Source: Anaeromyxobacteraceae bacterium
GTDB lineage: Bacteria > Myxococcota > Myxococcia > Myxococcales > Anaeromyxobacteraceae
Direction: 5' to 3'
DNA: 64,000 bases
Assembly (NCBI GenBank): GCA_047602405.1
Contig: JASGHJ010000001.1
Span: 2,208,001-2,272,000, forward strand
The position numbers were made by a program, and so were the translations under genes. This document shows positions 41,350 through 49,713 of this stretch, one piece after another; position 1 is the first letter of the stretch; each line of letters opens with the position of its first letter. The notes beneath the pieces are model-generated. The model was not told the origin of the DNA. It ran no database searches and saw only the letters and a program-made list of their open reading frames with translations.

Positions 41350-43047
41350 CTACTTCTTCTCGAGCTTCGCCTTCAGGAGGTCCCCGAGCGTCCCGAAGCC
41401 CTTGCCGGACTGCTTCGGCGCGGTCTTCTTCAGGTACTCGGCCGCCTCGGCGCGCTCGGCGGCGTCCTCGGCGCCCGACTTCGAGAGCCGGATGCGGTGC
41501 TGCTCGTCGATCGCGAGGACGAGCACCTTGAAGGTGTCGCCCGGCTTGAACGAGCGGCGGAGGTCGGCGCCGCGCGGCGTGCCGGTCTCGCTCGCGGGCA
41601 CGAGGCCGCGGCCGCCGGCGAAGCGCACGAAGACGCCGAAGCTCTCGATCTTGTCGACGCTCGCCTCGACCACGTCGCCGACCTTCGGCGGCGGGGGTGG
41701 GGCGGGGCGCTCCGGGCGCGGCGGCGCATCGGGCACCGGCGCGGGCTCGGGCCTCGGCTGCAGCGCCTTCACCGACAGCGCGATGCGCTCGCCCTTATGC
41801 CCCCGGCGTCCTGAGGTGCCCGGCACCGAAGCCGGGGGCTTCGGGTCCTCGTCGATGCGCAGCACCTGCACGGAGACCGTGTCGCCGGCCTTCAGGAGGT
41901 CGCCCGGCTTCGACGTGCGGTCCCAGGCGAGCTCGGAGACGTGCACGAGCCCCTCGACGCCGCCGAGGTCCACGAACGCGCCGTAGTCCTGCACGCTCGT
42001 GACGGTGCCCTCGAAGATCGCGCCCGGCGCGAGCTTCTCGCGGGTGGCCTGCGCCTTCTGGGCCCGCTCCTCCTCGAGGAGCGCGCGGCGCGAGAGGACG
42101 GCGTCGCGGCCGTCGGCGCGCTGCACCTTGAACTGGAGCTTCTGGCCGACGAAGACCGACGGGTCGGCGACGAAGCGCACGTCCACCTGGGAGATCGGGC
42201 AGAACGCCCGCTCGCCGTGGACCTCGACCTCGAGGCCGCCCTTGTTCACGGCCTTCACGATCCCCTCGACCGGCAGGCCGGTCTGGGCCGCCTCGACGAG
42301 CGCCTCGCGGGCGTGGTCGCGCGGGGTCTTCGCGTGCCCGCGGGAGACGAGCACGCCGCGGTCGGTCGCCTGGATGACGACGCCGTCCACGATGTCGCCC
42401 TCGCGGAGCGTGACGTTGCCCTCGTCGTCCTTCAGCTCGGCGACGTCGATCATGCCCTCGGCGACGCCCGAGCCGAGCTCGAGGAACGCCACGTCGTGGC
42501 CGAGCTGGATGATCTTCCCCGCGACCTTCTCGCCGACGGCGAAGCGGCGGCGCGGGGCGGCCGCGGCGCCGGAGGCGGCGAGCATGTCCGCGAAGGAGCC
42601 CTCGTCGGGCGCCTCGACCTCGGGCGCCGGGGGCGGCGCGCCCTTCGGCGTGGGCGGGGCCTTCGGCTCGGCTCCCTCGACTCCGGGGCCGCTGTCGCGG
42701 CCCCTACGCTCGGGATGGGCGGAGGAGCGACCCTCGCGACCGCCGCGATCACCGCGGCCACCGGGCGGACCGCCGCGGCCGGGAGGACCGCCCCGGCCAC
42801 CGGGGCCACCGGGCCCGCGGCCGCGCGGGCCGGGCCTGCCGCCGCCACCGGGCGCGCCGGCCTTGTCGGCGACGCGCTGCCAGAGGGGCCGATCGTCCTT
42901 CTCCACCGCGGTGGACGCGGCGCGAGGCGCGGGCGCGAGGACCTCTTCCTGCGGCGCCTCGATCGGCGCGCCGGGCGGGGGCGGCCGGAGGTGGACCTTG
43001 CGAACCACGACCGGGCCCGACTCCTTCTTCTGCTTCTCGTCGGACAT
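41350..43047 (-). CDS. Multi-S1-domain RNA-binding protein (RpsA-like) with Gly/Arg/Pro-rich N-terminus
   Basis: Four S1-like repeats (e.g. YGAFVDLGGVEGLVHVSEL, FGVFV), C-terminal FGTLGDLL. Confidence 0.88.
   Translation of the reverse strand: MSDEKQKKESGPVVVRKVHLRPPPPGAPIEAPQEEVLAPAPRAASTAVEKDDRPLWQRVADKAGAPGGGGRPGPRGRGPGGPGGRGGPPGRGGPPGGRGDRGGREGRSSAHPERRGRDSGPGVEGAEPKAPPTPKGAPPPAPEVEAPDEGSFADMLAASGAAAAPRRRFAVGEKVAGKIIQLGHDVAFLELGSGVAEGMIDVAELKDDEGNVTLREGDIVDGVVIQATDRGVLVSRGHAKTPRDHAREALVEAAQTGLPVEGIVKAVNKGGLEVEVHGERAFCPISQVDVRFVADPSVFVGQKLQFKVQRADGRDAVLSRRALLEEERAQKAQATREKLAPGAIFEGTVTSVQDYGAFVDLGGVEGLVHVSELAWDRTSKPGDLLKAGDTVSVQVLRIDEDPKPPASVPGTSGRRGHKGERIALSVKALQPRPEPAPVPDAPPRPERPAPPPPPKVGDVVEASVDKIESFGVFVRFAGGRGLVPASETGTPRGADLRRSFKPGDTFKVLVLAIDEQHRIRLSKSGAEDAAERAEAAEYLKKTAPKQSGKGFGTLGDLLKAKLEKK
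41797..41838. repeat. 42-bp palindromic element inserted in frame in an S1 domain
   Basis: GCCCCCGGC...GCCGGGGGC stem with inner GGTGCC-C-GGCACC; encodes PPASVPGTSGRRGH between two AAG codons; atypical codons. Confidence 0.65.
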
Positions 43048-43097
43048 GACCGGCGACCTCATAGCACAACGCCCGGCGGGGGCGTAAAACAGCCGGC

Positions 43098-43451
43098 GTG
43101 GACCACCGCCGCGTCGCCGTCTTCCTGTCCCACGCCGATCCGGGGGCCCTCCGGCTCGCGGCCTCCGCGGCCATGACAGGGGTGTCGATGGGCGCCCGGG
43201 TGGACGTGTTCCTGTTCGGCCCGGCCGTCACCGCGCTCGTGGAGGCCGCCGGCGGGGAGGCCGACCCGGGCGAGCCCGCCGGGCAGCTGCACGCGGCGCG
43301 CGGGGAGGGGGTCCGCCTCGTCGCGTGCAGCGCGAGCCTCGTGGAGGAGAAGGTGCCACTCGACCGGGCCGAGCGGGCGCTCGACGCGGTGGTCGGCTGG
43401 CCGACCATCCTGGAGTGGACCCGAGAGGTCGTGGAGCGCTTCAGCTTCTGA
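43098..43451 (+). CDS. DsrE/DsrF/DrsH-like family protein
   Basis: RVDVFLFG, GVRLVACSAS, DAVVGWPT. Confidence 0.75.
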   Translation: MDHRRVAVFLSHADPGALRLAASAAMTGVSMGARVDVFLFGPAVTALVEAAGGEADPGEPAGQLHAARGEGVRLVACSASLVEEKVPLDRAERALDAVVGWPTILEWTREVVERFSF

Positions 43452-43505
43452 GAGCAGGAAGATCGCACCCTCCGCGAGCGTTCCAGCAACCGGGAGCCTC
43501 TCACC

Positions 43506-44684
43506 ATGGTCAGCGTCAGCCTCACTCCGCCCCCCAGCCGAGATGGCGGGTCCTCCGGCGGCGTCCTCCGCCTCGCCTTCCTCGCCGTGCTCGTCGGCGC
43601 CGCGCTCGGCGCCGGCTTCTGGCTCGGCCGCGCGACCGCGCCCGCCTCGATCTCCGCCGCCGCGCCCACCCCGCAGGCAGCGGCTTCCGCGGCCAGCTCA
43701 CCCGCGGCCATCCCGGGCACCCTCGCCGCCCCGCCGGGCCAGGCGGTCGCGCCCCCGGCAGCAGCGCCGGCCCAGCCCGCGCCCCTCGCCGCCGCGCCGG
43801 CACAGCCCGCGTCCGCCGCCGCGGCGCCCCCCGCCGCGGCCCCCACGTCGGGGCGCCTCGTCGCGACCATCCAGGGCCCGCTCGAGGAGGCGGTGGCGCG
43901 CGCGATCCCGCCGGCCGACCGCGACCTCGCCGAGCAGCTCACGCAGGTCGTGAACCGGCTCCTCGTCTGGGACCTGCGCGTCTCCCGCGAGGCGGTCAGG
44001 GGCGACCGGCTCGAGGTGCTGTACCGTCGCGCCGGGACCGTGGTCGCGGACGGCGCGGCCCGCCCGGAGCCGGTCGTGCTCGCGGCGCGCTACGCCTCGC
44101 AGAAGCTCGGGCGCACCCTCGAGGCGTGGCGCTTCCAGGCGCCCGGCGAGGCGTGGCCCCGCTACTACCGGACCGACGGGCACGAGCTCGAGGAGCGGCT
44201 CGTGGACGCTCCGCTCGACGACTACGACCAGGTCACCTCCCTCCTGCGCGACGGCCGCCGCCACGAGGGCGTGGACTTCCGGACCCCGGTGGGCACCCCG
44301 GTGAAGGCGCCGTTCGACGGCGTGCTCGAGCGGAAGAACTGGAACTGGCGGGCGAACGGCAACTGCCTCGAGCTGCGCGACGTGGCGACGGGCCGGGTGG
44401 CGAAGTTCCTCCACCTCGACGAGCTGCCGAAGGACCTGAAGCCCGGCGCCCGCTTCGCGAAGGGCGCGCCGATCGCGCGGTCCGGCAACTCGGGCCACTC
44501 CTTCGCGCCGCACCTCCACTACCAGCTCGAGGACGCCTCGGGCCGGGTGCTGGATCCGTTCGAGATCCACCGCACCACCCGGCGCGCGCTGCCCGACGCC
44601 GCGCGCCCTGCCTTCGACGCGGAGCGCGCCCGCCTCGCCGCGGCGCTCGGCGACGACGCGCTCGCCGCGGCCGCGACCCGGTAG
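43506..44684 (+). CDS. M23 family metallopeptidase
   Basis: TM anchor, HEGVD, FLHL, SGNSG..PHLHY. Confidence 0.9.
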   Translation: MVSVSLTPPPSRDGGSSGGVLRLAFLAVLVGAALGAGFWLGRATAPASISAAAPTPQAAASAASSPAAIPGTLAAPPGQAVAPPAAAPAQPAPLAAAPAQPASAAAAPPAAAPTSGRLVATIQGPLEEAVARAIPPADRDLAEQLTQVVNRLLVWDLRVSREAVRGDRLEVLYRRAGTVVADGAARPEPVVLAARYASQKLGRTLEAWRFQAPGEAWPRYYRTDGHELEERLVDAPLDDYDQVTSLLRDGRRHEGVDFRTPVGTPVKAPFDGVLERKNWNWRANGNCLELRDVATGRVAKFLHLDELPKDLKPGARFAKGAPIARSGNSGHSFAPHLHYQLEDASGRVLDPFEIHRTTRRALPDAARPAFDAERARLAAALGDDALAAAATR

Positions 44685-44943
44685 CCCCGCGGGCGGGGCG
44701 CGCAGGACCCCGCCCGCCCGGCCCAAGCGCGCGCAGACACTCGGTACACGCAGGGTCCGTCCGGCCCCTCCCCCATCACCCGCTGCGGGGAGGCGGGGAA
44801 GGTGACAACATCCCCTGCGGTGTACTGGGCCCTCGCCACCTCCGTCGATCCGACCCGGTTCCGGACCCTCGATCCCGGACGAGCGGTCGTCGACCGCCGC
44901 GGCCGAGCCCGCGCCGCAGGCCACCCGGACCCCGAGGGACAAG

Positions 44944-45444
44944 GTGACGGTGTCCGCCGGCGCGAAGGCGCTCGGCGGGCAGCAGCTCACGCCGGAGGAG
45001 CAGCAGGCCGTCGAGAGGCTGAAGGCCCGCGACGCCGAGGTCCACGCCCACGAGGCCGCGCACATGGCGTCGGCGGGCGCGGCCGGCGGCGGGGCGAGCT
45101 ACACGTACGAGCTCGGGCCGGACGGCCGGCTGTACGCGGTGGGCGGCGAGGTGCCGGTCTCGCTGCGCTCGGGGTCGACCCCGGACGAGACCATCGCGAA
45201 CGCCGAGCGCGTCCAGCGCGCCGCGCTCGCGCCCGCGAGCCCGTCCTCCCAGGATCTCGCGGTGGCCGGGATGGCCGCGCGGATGATCGCCGACGCGCGC
45301 GCGCAGAAGGCGCGCGAGGCCTCCAGGGCGTACGAGAAGGTCCGCGGCCGGCTGACGGGCGACGACGCGACCGGCGAGGCCCGGCCGGGCCTGCCCTCGG
45401 CGCCCGCGGCGGACGCCGAGGTCGAGCCCGGGCTGGCGGCGTAG
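44944..45444 (+). CDS. SprA-related family putative metalloprotein (start uncertain)
   Basis: LKARDAEVHAHEAAH, YELGPDGRLYAVGGEV, AALAPASPSSQD. Confidence 0.82.
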   Translation: MTVSAGAKALGGQQLTPEEQQAVERLKARDAEVHAHEAAHMASAGAAGGGASYTYELGPDGRLYAVGGEVPVSLRSGSTPDETIANAERVQRAALAPASPSSQDLAVAGMAARMIADARAQKAREASRAYEKVRGRLTGDDATGEARPGLPSAPAADAEVEPGLAA

Positions 45445-45497
45445 GCGCGAGGTGCGCCCCGCCGCTCAGGGTGCTCCGCGCCCCGCGGCTGCGGGCT

Positions 45498-46826
45498 TCA
45501 GGCGCCCTTGCCGCCGCCGGCGGCGGCCCACTTCTCGAGCATCTCGGTCGTGACCGACTTCGGGCGCTCGAGCGCGTAGCCGAGCCCGCGATCCCACACG
45601 AGGTTCGCGAGCACGCCGAGGGCGCGGCCGACGCCGAAGAGTACGGTGTAGAACTCGTACTCCCGCACGCCGTAGTGCCACTGGATGACGCCGGAGTGCG
45701 CGTCCACGTTGGGCCAGGGGTTCTTCGTCTTGCCGTGCTTCGTGAGCACGCCCGGCGCGACCTCGAGCATGAGGTTCACGAGCTGGAAGAACGGATCGTC
45801 CGGCATGTGCTTGCGGGCGAACTCGTTCTGGGCGGTGAAGCGCGGGTCGGTCTTGCGGAGCACGGCGTGGCCGTAGCCGGGGATCACCTGGCCGGCGTTG
45901 AGCGTGTCCCACAGGAACTTCTCGAGCTGCTCCTTCGACGGGACCTTGCCGTCGAGCTTCTTCATCGCCCCCTGGATCCAGCCCAGGACCTCCTGGTTGG
46001 CGAGGCCGTGCAGCGGGCCGGCGAGGCCGTTGATGCCGGCGGCGAGCGAGTAGTAGGCGTCGGAGAGCGCGGAGCCGACGAGGTGGGTCGCGTGGGCCGA
46101 GACGTTCCCGACCTCGTGGTCCGAGTGCAGGATGAAGTACATGCGCGCCACGTCGTCGTACGGCGGCGGCACGCCCATCATCCGGGCGAAGTTGCCGCCC
46201 CAGTCGAGCTTCGCATCCGGCTCGATGAACGTGTCCTGCTTGTACTTCATCCGGTAGATGTACGCGGCGACGCGCGGGAGCCGCGCGAGCAGCGTCATCG
46301 CGTCCTCGTAGGTCGGCTCCCAGTAGTCGGCCTTCTTGAGGTTGCCCTCGTGGTACCGGTGCGCGAACGTCGACTCGCGCTGCATCGAGACGATCGCCGC
46401 CGAGAGCATCGTCATCGGGTGGCTGTCGCGGGGCAGCGCGCGCAGCACGTCGAACACGTAGCTCGGGACCTGGCCGCGCTCGCGCCAGTCGGCGACGACC
46501 TCGCGCGCCTGCTCGAGGGTCGGGATCTCGCCGGTGAGCAGGAAGTAGAAGAAGGACTCGACGGTGGGCTGCTCCATGCCCGGCTCGCGGGGCAGGGCGG
46601 CGAACGTCTCCGGGATGGTCTTCCCGCGGAACCGGATGCCCTCCTGGGGATCCAGGTACGAGATGTCCGTGACGAGGCACTTCACGTCGCGGGCGCCGCC
46701 GATCGCCTGGCCGATCGTCACCTCGTCGATGACGACCTTGTCGAACTCCTTGATGAGACGCTGGGTGCGCGGGCGAAAGGCCTCGATCTTGGCCTTCAGG
46801 GTCCGCTTGAGCGTGGTGTCGGACAT
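45498..46826 (-). CDS. gltA: Citrate (Si)-synthase, eukaryote-like type
   Basis: EGIRFRG, HSDHEVGNVSAH, LAGPLHGLANQEV, IPGYGHAVLRKTDPR, WPNVDAHSG. Confidence 0.95.
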   Translation of the reverse strand: MSDTTLKRTLKAKIEAFRPRTQRLIKEFDKVVIDEVTIGQAIGGARDVKCLVTDISYLDPQEGIRFRGKTIPETFAALPREPGMEQPTVESFFYFLLTGEIPTLEQAREVVADWRERGQVPSYVFDVLRALPRDSHPMTMLSAAIVSMQRESTFAHRYHEGNLKKADYWEPTYEDAMTLLARLPRVAAYIYRMKYKQDTFIEPDAKLDWGGNFARMMGVPPPYDDVARMYFILHSDHEVGNVSAHATHLVGSALSDAYYSLAAGINGLAGPLHGLANQEVLGWIQGAMKKLDGKVPSKEQLEKFLWDTLNAGQVIPGYGHAVLRKTDPRFTAQNEFARKHMPDDPFFQLVNLMLEVAPGVLTKHGKTKNPWPNVDAHSGVIQWHYGVREYEFYTVLFGVGRALGVLANLVWDRGLGYALERPKSVTTEMLEKWAAAGGGKGA

Positions 46827-46929
46827 CGGGTCTCTCCGGGCGCTGGGGGGGATCCAGAGGACTGCGCGCCCGGCGCGTGGGACCGCCGGGAGCGGGCGAA
46901 ATCTACCCGTCCGAGGGCGGTGCCGCAAA

Positions 46930-46962
46930 GACAAACGACCGTGCGGCCAGGACAGACGACCG
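46930..46962. promoter_or_regulatory. 12-bp direct repeat pair, 21-bp period, upstream of citrate synthase
   Basis: GACAAACGACCG (46930-46941) and GACAGACGACCG (46951-46962). Confidence 0.45.
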
Positions 46963-46995
46963 CCAGAAACCCAGGCCGGAACGCGAGGTTTGGTC

Positions 46996-47427
46996 TCAGC
47001 CGCGCCCGGCGGCCAGCGCGGCTGCGATCTCGGCGGCCGGGTTCCGGCGGGCGGGTGTGGCCGGCGCGTCGGCGTCGATCGAGGGGGCTCCGTCGAGGGG
47101 GGACTCCCCGGAAGTCGGGGACTCCTCGGCCTGTGAGGTTTCCTTGCCCTTGCCGGTGCCCGCGCCCGACCGGCAGCTCCGGCACCAGGGCTGGTTGCGG
47201 ATCGTGCCGTCGGACATCTTGCGGAGCCCGAACAGCGAGAGGGGCCGCATCTTGTGGCACTTCTGGCACATGAGGGTGATGAGCACCTCGTTGCCGTCCG
47301 CGTCATAGACCGCGGAGCGCCGCCGCTTGGGCTTCGGCGTGGCCGCGGCCTCGCGGCGGGGAGCGGGCGCCGGCTTCGCGGTGTCGCCCTTCACGATTGC
47401 AGACGCCACCATGACCTTGACGGCCAT
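46996..47427 (-). CDS. Small protein with CxxC..CxxC zinc-finger-like motif
   Basis: GAGGAGG RBS; LMCQKCHKMRPLSLFGLRKM..NQPWCRSCR; basic KPKRRR. Confidence 0.78.
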   Translation of the reverse strand: MAVKVMVASAIVKGDTAKPAPAPRREAAATPKPKRRRSAVYDADGNEVLITLMCQKCHKMRPLSLFGLRKMSDGTIRNQPWCRSCRSGAGTGKGKETSQAEESPTSGESPLDGAPSIDADAPATPARRNPAAEIAAALAAGRG

Positions 47428-47586
47428 CGCTTCGACCTCCTCGACTGCTGGACTGTTCAGAACGCCACCCGAGGGCAGCGCCCGGAACGCTAGTCGGCGG
47501 GTCTGACATCGGGGGCAGGGGCCCTCCGCAAGCGCGGCGGAAAACCGCAAGGGCGCGCCCTCGACCGCGGCGGCGCGTGTGCGAGC

Positions 47587-47955
47587 ATGTCGGGTGGGGG
47601 GAGGGCTGACTTGCCGGTCGACCAGCACTGGGCCGACTTTCGCACCGTCGCGGTGTTCGGGAGCACCCCGGACGCGGAGCGCGCGCGCGGCCTCCTCGAG
47701 TCGGACGGCATCGTCGCGGCGGTGCAGGACGCGGTGGAGGACGCGCCGCGGCCCGACGTGCTCTGCATCCGCCTCCTCGTCCCCGCGAGCGACCTCGCCC
47801 GCGCCCGCGATCTGCTCGCGCCGGACCTCGAGCGCGAGCACCACGCCGAGCCCGTTGCCGCGCCGGCCCCGGAGGTGGACGCGACGTGGACCGTGGCCTG
47901 GCTCGCGCTGCTCGCCGCGGCGCTGGCGGCGCTGCTCGCGGCCTTCAGCATCTGA
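47587..47955 (+). CDS. DUF2007-like protein with C-terminal TM helix
   Basis: TVAVF..AERARGLLESDGI..IRLLVPASDLARARDLL. Confidence 0.65.
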   Translation: MSGGGRADLPVDQHWADFRTVAVFGSTPDAERARGLLESDGIVAAVQDAVEDAPRPDVLCIRLLVPASDLARARDLLAPDLEREHHAEPVAAPAPEVDATWTVAWLALLAAALAALLAAFSI

Positions 47956-47987
47956 GGTGCGCGCCTCGGCCGCGCCCGAAAACGGAT

Positions 47988-48002
47988 TTTGCTGGCAGCA
48001 AA
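47988..48002. promoter_or_regulatory. Perfect 7-1-7 palindrome upstream of the OmpA-family gene
   Basis: TTTGCTG-G-CAGCAAA in an AT-richer intergenic stretch. Confidence 0.4.
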
Positions 48003-48177
48003 GTGCACCCGCAGCGAACGGCCGCACACCGTGGAGGCATCCCCGCGCGGTTCCGGATTTCCCCGATGGCCCTTTCGGGCGTTTGGGCCTACACGCTCGG
48101 GCAACCCAGCACCCCGCATTCCCCGGCGAAGACGTGCCCTCGCGGCCGCCCATCGCCCGGCAAAGGAGGAGGACCTC

Positions 48178-49439
48178 ATGAAGAAGCTCGCCCTCGCCAT
48201 CGCGCTCGTCGCGTCGCTCGCCCCCGCGGCGGCCCGCGCCCAGTACGCGGCGTCGCTCCGCCTCGGCTACGCCGTCGGCGTCCAGGACTACGCCAAGGAC
48301 ATCAAGATGCGGGACACCCTGAACTCCCAGGTGCCCATCCAGCTCGACCTCGGGTTCAAGGTGCTCCCGAAGGTGACGCTCGGCGCGTACGTGTCCTACG
48401 GCTTCGCGCACGTCGGCAGCGCCTGCCCGGTGGACGCCTCCTGCAGCGGCAACGTCACCGACTTCGGCCTCCAGCTCCAGTACCGGTTCGCCACGCGCCC
48501 GGTCAGCCCGTGGGCGAGCGTCGGCGTCGGCTGGGAGAAGACCTCCTTCGAGGTCGAGAAGGCGAAGACGAAGGCCGAGGGCCTCGACCTCCTCCGGCTG
48601 GCCGCCGGCTGGGAGTGGCCGGTGAACGACACGTTCGGCGTCGGCCCGTTCGTCCAGTACCAGCTCGGCCGCTACGAGAGCTACACGATCCCCGGCACGA
48701 CGAGCGACCCGGGCAAGACGATTCACGGCTGGTTCACCATCGGGTTCCGCGGCACGTTCGACGACCTCGCCGACTGGGACGCCGCCGCGCGCGCGGCCGC
48801 CGAGAAGGCCGCCGCGGAGAAGGCCGCCGCCGAGAAGGCGGCCGCCGACAAGCTCGCCGCCCAGAAGGCCGCGGCCGAGAAGGCCGCCGCCGAGGCGAAG
48901 GCGGCCGCCGACGCCGCCGCCGCGAAGGCCGCCGCCGAGGCCGCCGCGGCCAAGGCCGCCGCCGAGGCCGCGAAGCCGGACCGCGACGGGGACGGCATCC
49001 CGGACGACTCCGACGCCTGCCCGGACCAGAAGGGCGAGCGGTCGAGCGACCCGAAGAAGAACGGCTGCAAGCAGCTCATCGTCGTGACCGAGAAGGGCTT
49101 CGACCTCAAGGAGAAGATCCAGTTCAACACCGGCAAGGCGACCATCAACCCGGTCTCCGAGCCGTCCTGAAGTCGGTCGCCGAGGCGCTCGCCGCGCACC
49201 CGGAGATCAAGAAGCTGTCGGTCGAGGGCCACACCGACAACGTCGGCGCCGAGGCCACCAACACGGCGCTCTCGAAGAAGCGCGCCGCCGCGGTGGTCGA
49301 CTGGCTCGTGAAGAAGGGCGGCGTGTCCGCCGACCGGCTGGTCTCCACCGGCTTCGGCCCGACGAAGCCGATCGCCGACAACGCCACGGAGGAGGGCCGC
49401 TCGGCCAACCGCCGCGTCGAGATGGTGATCGTGAAGTAG
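48178..49439 (+). pseudogene. OmpA-family outer membrane protein with apparent -1 frameshift near 49164
   Basis: Signal peptide, beta-barrel, AAAEK linker, DRDGDGIPDDSDACP. The OmpA-C motifs VEGHTDNVG, LSKKRA, GFGPTKP and NRRVE are in the shifted frame. Confidence 0.88.
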
Positions 49440-49468
49440 GCAAGGCGTCGGTCGCTCACCGCGGCCTC

Positions 49469-49511
49469 GAAGGCCCGATCCGCTCCGTGCGGGTCGGGCC
49501 TTCTCGCTTTT
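49469..49511 (+). terminator. Intrinsic terminator after the OmpA-family gene
   Basis: GAAGGCCCGATCCGC-TCCGT-GCGGGTCGGGCCTTC followed by TCGCTTTT. Confidence 0.65.
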
Positions 49512-49713
49512 CGCGGCCTGCAGCCCGCGGCGCACCATGGTCCCACGACGCGCGCCCCTCCCTGCACCCGGCTCACGGAGGGTGTGTGGCAGCGGACCAC
49601 ACCATGAACGTCCGACAGATCGGACGCTCGGTCTGGACGCACAGTGGGTGCGCAACCCCACCGCCGTCGCTGGCAGCCGCCGAATCCGCCCGGATCCGGG
49701 CAGGAGGCCGTAA

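Noticed and set aside
18460..49170. Programmed ribosomal frameshifting at the four broken genes
   Set aside because: There is no shared slippery motif, and these families are not known to use recoding.
49560..49713. Possible c-di-GMP-I riboswitch upstream of the giant surface protein
   Set aside because: GGACGCACAG and TGGCAGCCG fragments resemble it, but the GGCAAA/GNRA-capped P2 arrangement is missing. It cannot be supported without a covariance search.
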